In this document: positions 27,301 through 46,392 of the stretch, piece by piece
Layout: the number at the start of each line of letters is the position of its first letter
Numbering within the stretch: position 1 is the stretch's first letter
NCBI GenBank assembly: GCA_965153455.1
Contig: OZ234494.1
Coordinates: 12,214,001-12,278,000, forward strand
Origin: Sphagnum compactum
Taxonomy: Eukaryota
Direction: 5' to 3'
DNA: 64,000 nucleotides
Notes under the pieces: model-generated
The model's database searches: none
Told to the model about the DNA's origin: nothing
Seen by the model: only the letters and a program-made list of their open reading frames with translations
Position numbers and translations under genes: made by a program

Positions 27301-30300
27301 CAGTAGTCTCTTCAAACATCCTGCTGCATCAGGAGAAGCAAGCAGCACAGGTCGGACATAAAGCAGCATAGCAACAGCTAGGGATGAGATGAAAGCACTT
27401 CGAGCAGAATACTGTATATTGCTGCTGAAGTCTTCTTGCTCCACCCCAGAAGATATTGGAGTGTTTGAAGCAGAGAAAATAGCATCCCAAAGCAGCAACA
27501 AGTTTTCCAATAGAAATTCACGACCAAAAAGCAAGCGCACCCATCGCAAAGTGAAGTATTGGGGCTCAATCCCCAGTTCTACAAGGTGCATGTAGAGTGG
27601 TTTATCTACTGCAGCCAATGCCCTGTAGATGGCATCAGATGCCTCCAGTACTGGGGGATTTCCCCCAAAGGAGCTTGGCCCAGAGGATGTGAGAAAGTAG
27701 TTAGCCATGACAACTGCCCCTTTTTGGCCACTCAACAGTGCATCGAACATGCAGTATGCATCATGCTCCAGAAATCGTGATGAGAGAAGGGCTCCTAGTT
27801 CCCCCTCTGCACCATAAATATCGCTTCCCAAGATTATAGCTTGCATATCCTCATCATCCCCAGAGGGCTCACAACATGCGCCAGTGGAGCCCAATCTTGC
27901 AGTCCTACATTCAAAGAGCATCTACACTGACAATCAGGGATTTGCTTCAAGCTGTTTTGGATGCCCTTTCACATGCAAGGTGTGCAGAAATGCTATCAGA
28001 GTCACCAAAATTGCCTACCCTTCTGTATTGGAGTTTGAGGAAAGAGTCTGCTTCCCACCAGCTGCCCCGGGAATCGATACATTTGCTGATCTTTCCATAA
28101 TTGTAGTCCATGGGGCTGAAAATCTGTCAAAGGGGTCATCAAAGCGATCTTCACTCTGGTACTTGATGTGTTGCAGGTGGTTAACATCAACATGCAAAAC
28201 ATACGCCAGTGGGGCTAGCAACTCATGCATTCCTGCTACAAAAGAGTAGACACTGGTCAACGTGCAGCTACATTGCATTGGTTAGACCAAAACAGACTAA
28301 GATAGAAGGTAATCTCAGGTTTTGCCAATGAAATCCTGACAGAGGATTGTCTGTAGACTTATAACTAGGACTGTTCTTCAGAGCTATTCCACAACTCATG
28401 ACCATAACAAGTGAATTGTCCCTGACAGATGGCAAAATTCTCAGAGATCATCTGAAACATGGGTAGAAAGACATGATGCATGATGACATGTCCCCTAGAA
28501 AAACATCCTGTATCCTCTTACTTCAGGAGACCTTCTGGTACAGCCCTAATTGAGTGGGAAAATCTTGCAAGCACTACATGCAACAGGAAATATCCTGAAA
28601 TACCTTGCCTATAGCTGGATTCAGGGTGGATAAGTGACCACACCAGTAAGATGCGGCGTAGAATAGCTTGGCACTGTGGACTCTGGAAAAAACTTCCATT
28701 CTCTGGATACAATTGCATAAGATCCTTGTCAATTGTCCTCTCCAACTCTGTATTTCGAAAATATTGACCCCAGACACTTTCTGCAAAACATTTCAGTGCT
28801 GCATAAGGCTCCACAAAAGATATCATGCTTTTGCAGTTCCTCACATTAAGTGTCGCCACCAAATCAAGCTTGGATGTACCTTGCAACCACGCTCAGATAG
28901 GACTGAGAACCCATGTTTTGTTCATGACAAAACATAAGATGTCACTGGAATGACATTCAAGTTTGAGATTGACAATCTCAGTGGCATGTGAGAGTTAAAT
29001 GATTTCAATCAGTGAACAAGCAGCAAACTGATTGATGAAAGCAGTGGCATCCAGAAAACTTTTAAGCAAGCAAAGATCTGCCATTGTGACTGGAAAGAAT
29101 GGGAAGTGACTAATTTGGAACCAAGTATTGATTTCTGAAATTTATATGAATCAATCCTTGACATGGTGAACAAGAGGAGGCAGTTCTCACCAGGGTCCAG
29201 TGAGAGAGGATTATCTTGGTTGAGTTGGGCCTGTGTTTGGCAGTCCTCCATGAGATGGGGGTCCACCAGAAGCTGCCGCCGCAGCTCTGCATACCTGTTA
29301 ACATAAGGAGCAATGCCATAATCAACATCTGGTCCAGGGTCAGGTTGATCTTTCATTCTCCTAAACTGCACATTTCCAAATTTATCTGAAGCTGAAGCTG
29401 CACACGAGCTTTCATGTTACAACTCTTCATAAAGAGAAGGGCCAAATACAGAATCACCCTGTGAAGACCATAGACCTGAAGTGATGAGGTCATGCAGGGT
29501 TTTTCTTTTTAATTTTGTGGTGTAGCCCCAGTGGCAACCATCCACAATGTGGCTAATGTGGCTACAGGTTAGAGGGGACAGTAGACATTTTCTAGAATCT
29601 TTCTATGTTTTGGCGACCTCCAAGAACCCAGTCTCTAAATAGGGCGACTTCCATGTTTTTCTCCTCAGAATGTGGCGAACTAGAAGGCTTCTAAAAGGAA
29701 TCTCGCGACAGTCGGGAAGAAAAAAAAGGTGTCGTGTAGATGCGAAATTTAGCACAAAAAAACTTGGCTGATGAGGTGAGATCATGAACTGAGGAGACAG
29801 GAATGACGAGAAGAACATGTCATATGCAAATTTTGCTTGCTAAAAGCTCTATCCATATTGACCTCAAACACACCATATGCAGAGCATACAGAAAGAGAAA
29901 CCTGGTGACACAGCTCGGCGGACACTACATTCTTTTGTCTGAATGAGCTCCCCAAAAAATTCCTTACCTTCCTCCAGAAAACCTTGACACAAGCTTCAGC
30001 CTGTTCCATGCCTCTAGAGAGAAACTTACCTACTCGCCAGCAAAGGCTAGAGCACGAGAGAATAAAACCCCGAGAGACAGACAGAAAAAAAGACAGAAGC
30101 TCGGACAGCGTTTTTGTTTTTGTTTTTGAGACCTGCGGCGACCATCAGCCGCTGCTCGGCGCAACTCATCAACGGGAGCAGGCTTGCGAGGTAGCACATC
30201 TAAGTCCACTCGCCACTGCACACCTCTCAGTTTCCAGTTCTTGTTGCTTTGGCTAATTTCATGGCTTGTATTCGATTCCTCTGCATCCAAGCCCAACACA

Positions 30301-30302
30301 CT
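24348..30302 (-). CDS. TBC-domain Rab GTPase-activating protein (plant TBC1D5-like). Exons about 30302-30133, 29294-29191, 28780-28604, 28232-28019, 27904-26955, 26649-26381, 26210-25589, 25322-24913, 24494-24348; start codon unresolved
   Basis: LRGVQWRVDLDVLP, DNPLSLDP, IDKDLMQLYPE, YRQGMHELLAPL, EHDAYCMFDALL, IEPQYFTLRWVRLLFGREF and C-terminal ALAELRKISITLQHM*; phases consistent. Confidence 0.9.
29495..29770. mobile_element. Short dispersed repeat (possible non-autonomous DNA transposon) in a TBC intron
   Basis: Begins CAGGGTTTTTC...AATTTTGTGGTGTAGC; a related AATTTTGTGATGTAGCTAGAGTGG occurs near 54093. No convincing TSD. Confidence 0.4.
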
Positions 30303-31224
30303 CTATCTCTGTGAAATAACTGAATCCCCTTTGTGTTCCTACACGCCTACAGTTCACGAAGCATGCATAACTTTGATCCGCTGATTATAGCTGATGTCCC
30401 TGGACAACGGCATTTTTTTCTGGAATGTGAGAGAAATTCGAAAGAGATGTATTCTGCATTAAGGATAGGATCGAAAGGTGGGGGGAAAAAAAAACCAAGC
30501 ACTTGCAAGCGAGACAGTTTGGTTACTATACCAGGCATCTTAGCAGAATTACATTGCGGAAAACTTCAGAGTGTCAACATGCTTCCTTCCTTAGATTGCC
30601 GGGACTCTCTCTTTTGTGAAGAATATCGCCTTCGGCATCCGCCCCCTGTCAATCGAAAAAACCACGTCTATCACACACCGAAGTAGAATACGTTCATTCA
30701 AGACCCAAAAAATCCATCTGACAACAACACATCTGAGACACTCACCAGAGCTCCAAAAGCTCCAAAAATACACTACAACAAGATTATCAAAATCCAGGCC
30801 CTGCCGTTCCTTGACGTACGTAGTAGGATTGATAGTACTAATACGGTCCAAGACGCTGATAGAAAAAAAAAATGATCACACAGCAAGCATTGAAAAGCCG
30901 TCAAACCACTTCATCTTGTGTATGAGAAACTCGGAAGCTGTCGACGGATCAAGAAAAGAAAGAAAGGAAGAAGCCTGACCTGTTTTACGCAAATGCTTGT
31001 ACCAACAACAAAGTCGCGCGCAAGTAAGTTCAAACCTGAATGCAATCAATCCACTTCCGCCAACAAACCTGCAAGGAACAAGAATCTCAATCCAAAAAGT
31101 CTCGAATCCAAAAGAAAGGGACTGCAAAAATTTCCAACGAAATTTTTTCTTCGTCTCCTTCATTTTTTTCCAGAGAGAGAGAGGGAGAGAGTTTCCCGTC
31201 GAACACTCGCAAGCGAGCAGACAG

Positions 31225-31227
<3 letters not shown>

Positions 31228-31256
<29 letters not shown>
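31228..31256. repeat. (GA)n microsatellite in the 5' region of the TBC gene
   Basis: About 14 consecutive GA units. Confidence 0.9.
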
Positions 31257-33139
31257 GCTATAATCTAGTGGTGCGCAAAACCAGAAAAATAAGGAGTTAG
31301 AGTCGACCATTGGATACGCGAGTAGGATCGTTGGAAGCGCAGATTCAAGGGCTACAGAATCATACCAGAAATTCAACAATCTAGTGAAGGCGCGCCGAGA
31401 ATTGATGGCGAGAACAAGAAGCGTTGGGCGGGGGAAGCGAGCGTCGTGACGCCATCGCCGTTCTTCCGTGGTTGCGTGACGGTAAGCCACTTCTACAAAA
31501 CCAACTCCTTTCACACTACGTTTGAGTTTTCAATTTCTTTTTATGATAATTTGTATTTAAAAAAACAATATTAAAGCGTATGAAACCATGTATATTAATA
31601 AATCGTGTTTAAAATATATAGAAAATTATATTTAAATTTTACTTTCCTGGGATTTTTTTTAAAAAAATCATTTGTGTGAAATTTAGGAAAGTTCTTTTGA
31701 GTCCCAAAGTAAAAAAAATTATTGTGGGTAGATTGTATATATTCAATACTTTAAAATTCCTTGAAAATTAAAGATCAAAATGACAAGTTGATTTTTTATG
31801 GCATTTTCATTATACTAATCTTGCCTAGGATATTACATATTACCATAAAAATTTGGAACATTGTTAATTAATTAATTAACTAATTAATTAACTCATTATA
31901 TGGATGTAAACTACAAACCTAAAACTAATTGAGCATTTTTGGAAAATAATCGAACTTGATTGAAACCATATCAACCTATTATTCATTGAAATTTGACAAG
32001 TCTAAAATCATAACTTCTCAAGCAAGGGGTCATGCACTAAGTATGTAAATGTATTCTATTAATTGCAACAATCATTCCTTCTAAGTTAGTATGCTCTAAA
32101 ATTTTGATGTCTATGGAGATGCATTATTTCTTAACACTTACAAGTCTAATGATAATCACAAACTTAAGATAACCAAATGTGGTTGGGAGTGATGGGTGGT
32201 CACTTTGCAAAAGTGTTTTTTAAAGGTTTAGATCATCATAATTTAGGCCATGTAAAATATCATCTTTTATGATCAACCCAACTAACAATTATGGATTTTT
32301 TGAAGGTCATAAAAAAAAAAAAAAAAAAAACCCATGTGATTTTCAAGGGTAAAATCTTGTGGGAAAGTAAGTCCAAGAGGGTGTGACAATTATTGTGGGC
32401 CACTTGAGTAGTTAGAAAGTGATTGCTTCTTTAAAAAATAGAAGGCAATTTGTCGAATAGTCATTTGGTCAAAATGCAAAACGGTTTGTGCGTAGACTGT
32501 AAACCAAGGATTGTGTGATGATGTTTACACCATTCTTGAGATTTAGGGTTGTACAAAGTGAAAGAATATGTTGGGAATGTTATATAGAGCGAGAGACACA
32601 CACACGCACACCTTACCCTAATGTTGATTTTCTCATTAAATAGTCCTTTCTTGTTGAGGGGGAAAATATAAAATTAAAAATTAAAAAAATCCTTATCACC
32701 CTAAAACTTCAACTTAGCCTAGTTTGTTCAACAAATTGTCATTAAAAAAAAAATTTGGAAGAAGAAGAAAAAGACAAGGAATGCTGTGCACCTTTACAAA
32801 GAAGAAGAAGCAGAGGCACCAGTGGCTCTATACAAGTCCACAGAAAGTCTCAACACTTTATTGGAAATGTAAGAGGCTAGTTGCAATAGACTTAAGAGAG
32901 CAAGTTTGGACTACATACCTTTTTGGCTTCTTTCAGGACTTTACATTAATCAAACAAAGTTGCCTTCTTTCAATTACATCCACAGGGAGTGAATATGTAA
33001 TTTTTCTTTGACATCACACCAAAAACGCATTTGCATTTGCCTTTTTACTGATATTAACAACATGAACATCCTATATTTAATCTCTGCCTTGGGTTCTTCA
33101 TGGTGGTTGTGGAGGCGTACCTTCTTCACAAGCTGATAA

Positions 33140-33520
33140 AAACATCAGTTAAAGAGCGACTCTTGTCCAAGAGGCTTCACCAATCCATACATGGAAGGCT
33201 GATGCAAACATCAGTTAAAGAGCGACTCTTGTCCAAGAGGCTTCACCAATCCATACATGGAAGGCTGATGCAAACATCAGTTAAAGAGCGACTCTTGTCC
33301 AAGAGGCTTCACCAATCCATACATGGAAGGCTGATGCAAACATCAGTTAAAGAGCGACTCTTGTCCAAGAGGCTTCACCAATCCATACATGGAAGGCTGA
33401 TGCAAACATCAGTTAAAGAGCGACTCTTGTCCAAGAGGCTTCACCAATCCATACATGGAAGGCTGATGCAAACATCAGTTGAAGAGTGGCTCTTGTCCAA
33501 GAGACTTTACTGATCCATAA
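33140..33520. repeat. 66-bp tandem repeat, about 5.7 near-identical copies, downstream of the IleRS stop
   Basis: Unit AAACATCAGTTAAAGAGCGACTCTTGTCCAAGAGGCTTCACCAATCCATACATGGAAGGCTGATGC starts at 33140, 33206, 33272, 33338, 33404 and 33470; only the last copy diverges. Confidence 0.97.
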
Positions 33521-33892
33521 ATGGAATGACCAAATTTTGGTCAATTCGGCATTTAGGGGTTAATCATAGGGTTACCACAAGTTCCTTTACCCCCTCTGTA
33601 ATCCCCCTCTTCATCCAAAGAATAAACCATGTGTATTCCAATTCACCTCTAGATATCGTGCTTTGAGACTCACTATTCTTTTAAAAATCTTGAACTGGTG
33701 ATTAGTCACTCTATGAGAAGCATTGAGATCTGTCCTACTTGTGCAGAATTTTGCTAAGGCTAAAAACTATAAACCACAACAAAACACCTTTGTCTGTCTA
33801 GAAAAGGTTTTGCTGATTGATGTTAATCATTCTGTTATACAAGGAATGAGAAAAAGAATGGGGAGGCTGTATTACACATCCTGAACTATGGC

Positions 33893-41380
<7,488 letters not shown>

Positions 41381-41465
41381 AGCTCTTGCTCACCCCAAGA
41401 AATACCCAGCCACCCCTTCCCAACTATAAACTCCTGCCACCTCCTACCCCACCCATACGCTGCAA

Positions 41466-41489
41466 CCCGACCCGACCCGACCCGATCCC
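41466..41489 (-). promoter_or_regulatory. Putative G-quadruplex motif about 90 nt upstream of the IleRS AUG
   Basis: Minus strand reads GGGATCGGGTCGGGTCGGGTCGGG (five G3 tracts, 2-3 nt loops). Confidence 0.5.
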
Positions 41490-41584
41490 GTGGAACCATT
41501 TGGTCCAGCCCTTCCAGGGAGGCCCCATGTTCTCCAGCAGCGGATAGAGAATCACTCTTGGGAACAAAATGAGAATATGGGGAA

Positions 41585-42010
41585 CGAATATGAGAACAGG
41601 GTCCAGAACTTCGAGAACTTTCCGAGAACCTCTTTTGAACTTGAAGAACAGGATTGAGAATGAGAGTGAACGAGTGAACTTTTAAGGAACTTGGAATACC
41701 GGATTGAGAACTGAGGGAACTTTTAGAGAACGTTGGTGGACCTAAGGAACCTGGAGAGCAGGATTGAGAGCTGAGGGAACTTTTGGAGAACCGGATTGAG
41801 AACTTAGGGAACTTCTGGAGGACCGGATTGAGAACCAAGGGAACTTTTCGACGTTTGTGGATTGACCCCTGAGGGAACTTTTGAACGTTTGTTTGTGGAC
41901 TTCGGGAACCTGGAGAACAGGATTAAGAGCCGACGGAACTTTTTGAACTTAAGGGACTTGAAGAGCAGGATTGAGAGCCGAGTGAGCTTTTTTTGTGAAC
42001 TTAGGGAACG
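41585..42010. repeat. Degenerate tandem array (core GGATTGAGAACTGAGGGAACTTTT) upstream of IleRS
   Basis: GGATTGAG-like cores near 41651, 41701, 41761, 41793, 41826, 41859, 41919 and 41968. Confidence 0.8.
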
Positions 42011-42268
42011 TGAGCTTCCGGCTCTTGAAAGCCAGGACGAGTGTTGCCGGGGAAGAGCGCGCGAGGGTTTTGCAGCAAATTTGTTGGCGATGGCGGCAAT
42101 TTTCGCATTCCGTGAAGAACCTTGCTGCAAGTGATATGATGATAATGAGTGTTTTCTTTCGGCATCGCGCACAAGCTGCATTCTCGGAAAAACCTATCGC
42201 GGATTTTACGGCCACCACTCCGGCTCTCTTATTAGCACCCCTTAGTAACCTTAGTCTCTGTAATTTAT

Positions 42269-42910
42269 GCAAGGAACAATAATTGCATGGATTCTCATCT
42301 CCGGTTCCTTGGATCTGTTTAGTACACCAAGTTCTTCAGGGCCTCCTCCTCATTGCAACAATCCAGTAGTGGGGAATTGCTGCGGCATGGCAAAGTCTGG
42401 GAATGAGCAATTTGCGGTGTGGAGCTCAGCCAGGTCACCTAAAGCCCATCAATGTGCAGCACCATCACAACAGGAGTGGAGGAGGAGAAGAGCATAGAAC
42501 CCTAAACCCTAAACCCACCTCCTCCTCCTCCCACCATCTATTGAATGACTGATCACTTGGAGTTTTCTCTTGAGATCTACGAATGGACTGGGAAGGAGTG
42601 GCTGCCATTGCAGGCTGATGTCCAGCTCCAGTTTTCCATGATGAGTCCTTACATTCGTAGATCACTCTTGCATGATGGCAACAGCTTATACCCTGCAGCT
42701 TTTCAAGTGCCAGACGTTTGCAGTATGTTTCAGTTCAAAGTTGAATACTGAGGGCTCGGCTACACCTCCCTTCCTCTCATCAGCTAACAGAGTCTGACCT
42801 TTCAGGCGCAGAGAGTACGAGAGATTCATACCTGCCACATGGAATTGTCTTCTCCGTGTTTGCATTCTATGTTTTTCTATGTTTTTGGCTCGGTCTTCTT
42901 GTATCACAAA
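42269..42910 (+). pseudogene. OST48: Decayed fragment of oligosaccharyltransferase 48-kDa subunit (OST48/DGL1/WBP1), C-terminal half
   Basis: Across frameshifts: ARNN..ILISGSLDLFS, KSGNEQFA, GHLK, DHLEFSLEIYEWTGKEW, DVQLQFSMMSPY, FQVPDV..FQFKVEY*GLGYTSL, V*PFRRREYERFIPA, FLYHK; several stops and indels. Confidence 0.88.
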
Positions 42911-43769
42911 CGAGGGAAAAGATAGACATGGATTCTTATCTTTTAGAAAATCTTTTAGAGAAGGAAAACTCTTTCTTGTCGACAAGGGGTGAATGCCACT
43001 GTGACTCAAAAGACTATTGTGACCCACATAGACTATTGTGACCCACTTGCTTCTGTCTGGATGCAGGAGAGCCTTAGAGGGGATGATTGCTTGATCTAGC
43101 TAGAGATACCTTTCTCATGATATTGGGACAATGCCTTCTGAACTGGTCCGATAGACTGACCTTTTCTACAATTTGAGGCAGATGAGTGGTTTGTGCCGGG
43201 AACAGTCACCAGCCCCTTGAAGGAAAATTGAAGACAGAACATGGAGCAAATGTTGCTGCATATCTGCTCACATTTGGAGCTTGTAAGTAAAAAGAAAGAA
43301 AGTGAGAATTTCCTCTTAGGTTTTGTAGTGTCATTGTATTGTCCTTGTGTTTGACCCCAGGTGTGGTGATTCTTGAGCCTTGCAACACCAAGGTGATGCA
43401 CAGATCTTCATCTCGCCTGTTGCAGTGTCCAATGCCAGGTACTATTCCTGAGGTATTTCTCTGTACCAACTCCAATGTCAATGTGCTTGTTGCTGGTTCA
43501 AATACCATGGAAGCCACCTTCCTTCATGTCACTGAATGTGAGAGAGGTTGAACCAGGTGGAAATAACACTGCAGAAGAAAACAAGCAGGATACAGTAGGG
43601 CACAAGTGAAGGAAAGATGTGGGTATCGTCCTTTGCATGAAAATCATCCTTTGCAGACCTAAAAGTACAATGGTTGTTGCTCTCTACTGGGGCCATAGCA
43701 GCAGACATTCGGAACACTGCCCTACTATATAGAGGCTAACAATTTTGCTTAGTAGCAAAACTGCTACTA

Positions 43770-45632
43770 TCAGCGACAAAACCTTGGAAAGCAACAGCTT
43801 GTGGGGGAAAACAGATGCTGTTGGGGTGTTTGAGATCTAATCCTCAGAGATGGGTTGTAGATGCGGGTAAACTTTCGAGAGTGATCAGTGGTCATCTCCA
43901 CAAGACCGCAATTTGTCTTCTCCAAAATTTTCTGTCTGTGGATCCCCATGTCACTGCAAAAGACACTATGATGAGGGAATGAATCCTTAAAAGAGGACAA
44001 TACAAGCCAGCCCAGGCTGCAGATGCTGGAGATGTAAGGAGGACAAGTGAAGAAGCTCAACAATTAGGGAGCAAGAGGAGAAACCAATCAGGCAGGAGAC
44101 ATAAGAAGCACAATTGAAGAAGCTCAACAAATTTGGGGGGCAAGAGGAGAAACCAAAACCTGTCGAGGATGACCCAGGTTGCACCAAGAGCAATGATCTC
44201 ATTACTTGCAGGACCAACTCCTATTTTGACCTCCAATTTTATCTGCCAAAGAAGGTACGCGCGCGCGCGCACTGATGATCAGTGATCTATCTAGTGGAAG
44301 AAGGTAATGCCATATCTATGAAATTGCAGAGGATTTCTTCAAACCCTAGTATCAGAAGCACAGACTGTTGAATGTCGACAGAGAGAAAGAAAGCAAAGAT
44401 TGAGAAGAAAGGATCTTGTACCGCTCGTTTTTGAGATTGTGAAAGAAAGTGTCCAAGCTTATCCTCATATACCCTCCGTGTCTCATTGATCAATTGCTGC
44501 ACTGCAAAATTGCAAACCAAACACAATGCTTTTTGTTGTCACATGATGGATTGCAGTGACAGCTGTGTGCTTCAGACACTCCAGCAGCTGTAATGGAGCA
44601 TCAAGTGCCATTTGCAATCCCTGCAACTCTTGCTGATAGAAAAACAAGAATACCACAGCAACAAACAATGTCACATAGTTGAGAAAAAAAACACAAGCAG
44701 TGATGAGAAAGAGTGTAGTGCATTTTTTGGCTTTACTTACAATTGGAATCTAGAAGAGGAGGATGAGTTCTCCCTGTTGTTCTCACAGCTGACTCCACAG
44801 CATAACAAAGCAAGTGCATCGAAAATCACTGGAAAGTGGTTTAAGGATATGAATCTCATGGAAGAAACAAAATCAAAGGCCATTCATGGACTTGAAAGCA
44901 TCACACAACAACAAAACAGAAATTCTCAGTTAATGTTTTGGTTTTCAAAGAATTAAGCAATTCAGATTTGATGGAATTGAAATTGCAGTGCCATTGAAAG
45001 AATTGCAATGGCAGTTCCTTCATTGTTGTGTTTGTTGCAAATGAAATCCAGAAGAGCATGGAGCATGTGCCCTTTGTTGGTAGAGACATTCTGATGCACC
45101 TAGCCTAGAGATGGGCCAAAGCTTGGTATCCATACATTCTAGGGTCACGTGGAGTCCACCATAGAAACATTTCAGGCATGATCACTGAAGGATTCACTTG
45201 GGCTTCACCTTTGCTAACCACCATGTGTTTCCAATGTATTATGTTGAACATTTATCATCCTTATGAACGTCATTTGAAGGGCAGAGCCATTATGGGACCA
45301 TGCGCTTGTTGATGGTTTTTGTACGTACCAGGTATGCCTTGGAGAAGACCAAGAAGGAAGATGGTATCGCCTCTTGAAGCACATTCCGTGATTGCGAAGT
45401 TGAGCGCATACTTGGTGAGCATTCTGTCCGTGGCATCCACCAAGCAAACAATCACTTTGGCATCATCATTATGCGCTGCTGCTTCTTCCACACCACCAGC
45501 GGTGGCGGTTGGAGAGTTGAGCCCCGATGTCGTCGCGACACTAGTACTACTGACTCCATCTTGCGTACTCAGCTCCGAAGACGTCTCTGATGGCTCTCTA
45601 GATCCATTGTGTGCCCAAGAAGTGCTAGACAT
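43770..45632 (-). CDS. USP-like (adenine nucleotide alpha-hydrolase fold) domain protein resembling the N-terminal domain of plant USP-domain kinases. Exons 45632-45329, 44501-44422, 44242-44160, 43953-about 43770; extra exons and 3' end uncertain
   Basis: VIVCLVDATDRMLTKYALNFAITECASRGDTIFLLGLL, then in phase VQQLINETRRVYEDKL, IKLEVKIGVG...GATWVILDS and ILEKTNCGLVEM; GT-AG boundaries give phases 1, 0, 2. Confidence 0.65.
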
Positions 45633-46026
45633 CAACAAACAAATAAACGCGAGAAATCACAACAGCGGAAATCCAAGCTCTTCCCGGCACAAACTTCTCC
45701 GATTTCTTTCCAGGGCGCAAAAAAGACCTCTCTCTCTCTCACACACACATTCTCTCTCAAGTTTGGTGTCTACCATTGAGAGTTGAGCCCCGATATCGTC
45801 GCGACACTAATACTGACTCCATATTGCGTACTACTAAGCTCCGATGACATTTCTGACGACTCTCGAGATCCTCGTGTGGTCAAGAAAGTGTTAAACATCA
45901 ATAGAGAAAAGAGATGCGAGAAAGCACAACGGCATCGGAATTCCAAGCTCTTCCCGGCACAAACTTCTCCGACTTCTTTCCAATCCGCAATACTCTCTTC
46001 TTCTTCTTTCTCTCTCTCTCTCTCTC
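45512..46026. repeat. Tandem duplication (offset 266 bp) of the 5' leader, start codon and first codons of the USP-like gene
   Basis: GAGTTGAGCCCCGAT.TCGTCGCGACACTA and TCCAAGCTCTTCCCGGCACAAACTTCTCCGA occur in both 45512-45740 and 45778-46026. Confidence 0.9.
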
Positions 46027-46392
46027 AAAAGGGGGGAAACAAAAACAGAACAAAACGAAACAAACAAACAAACTCTAGTGTCTGTCATTGCTGTTGTTGT
46101 TGTCCAGAACATTCACGAACGATTAAATTGCCTTGCGCTCCAAGACAAAGAAGAGAGAGAGAAAGAGAGACAGGGCGGATTGCGAAAGTCAACAAGGTGA
46201 TGAAGAAGACAACAAGCTGTAGATTCCAGACAGCCTCATTTCTGCCTTTCTTCCTTCCTTCTCTTGCGGAGAGTGGAGACGATTTGTGTGTTAAGTGGCG
46301 TCTTTGTCTTGTGTTTATGGAGAGAGTCTTGTCTGATGCCGCTACCATCGTTCTTCCAAGAAAGAGAAGAACTGTATGACGCTCAAACTACA

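Noticed and set aside
33140-33520. CRISPR-like appearance of the 66-bp array
   Set aside because: Units are identical end to end with no unique spacers, no cas genes, and the context is eukaryotic.
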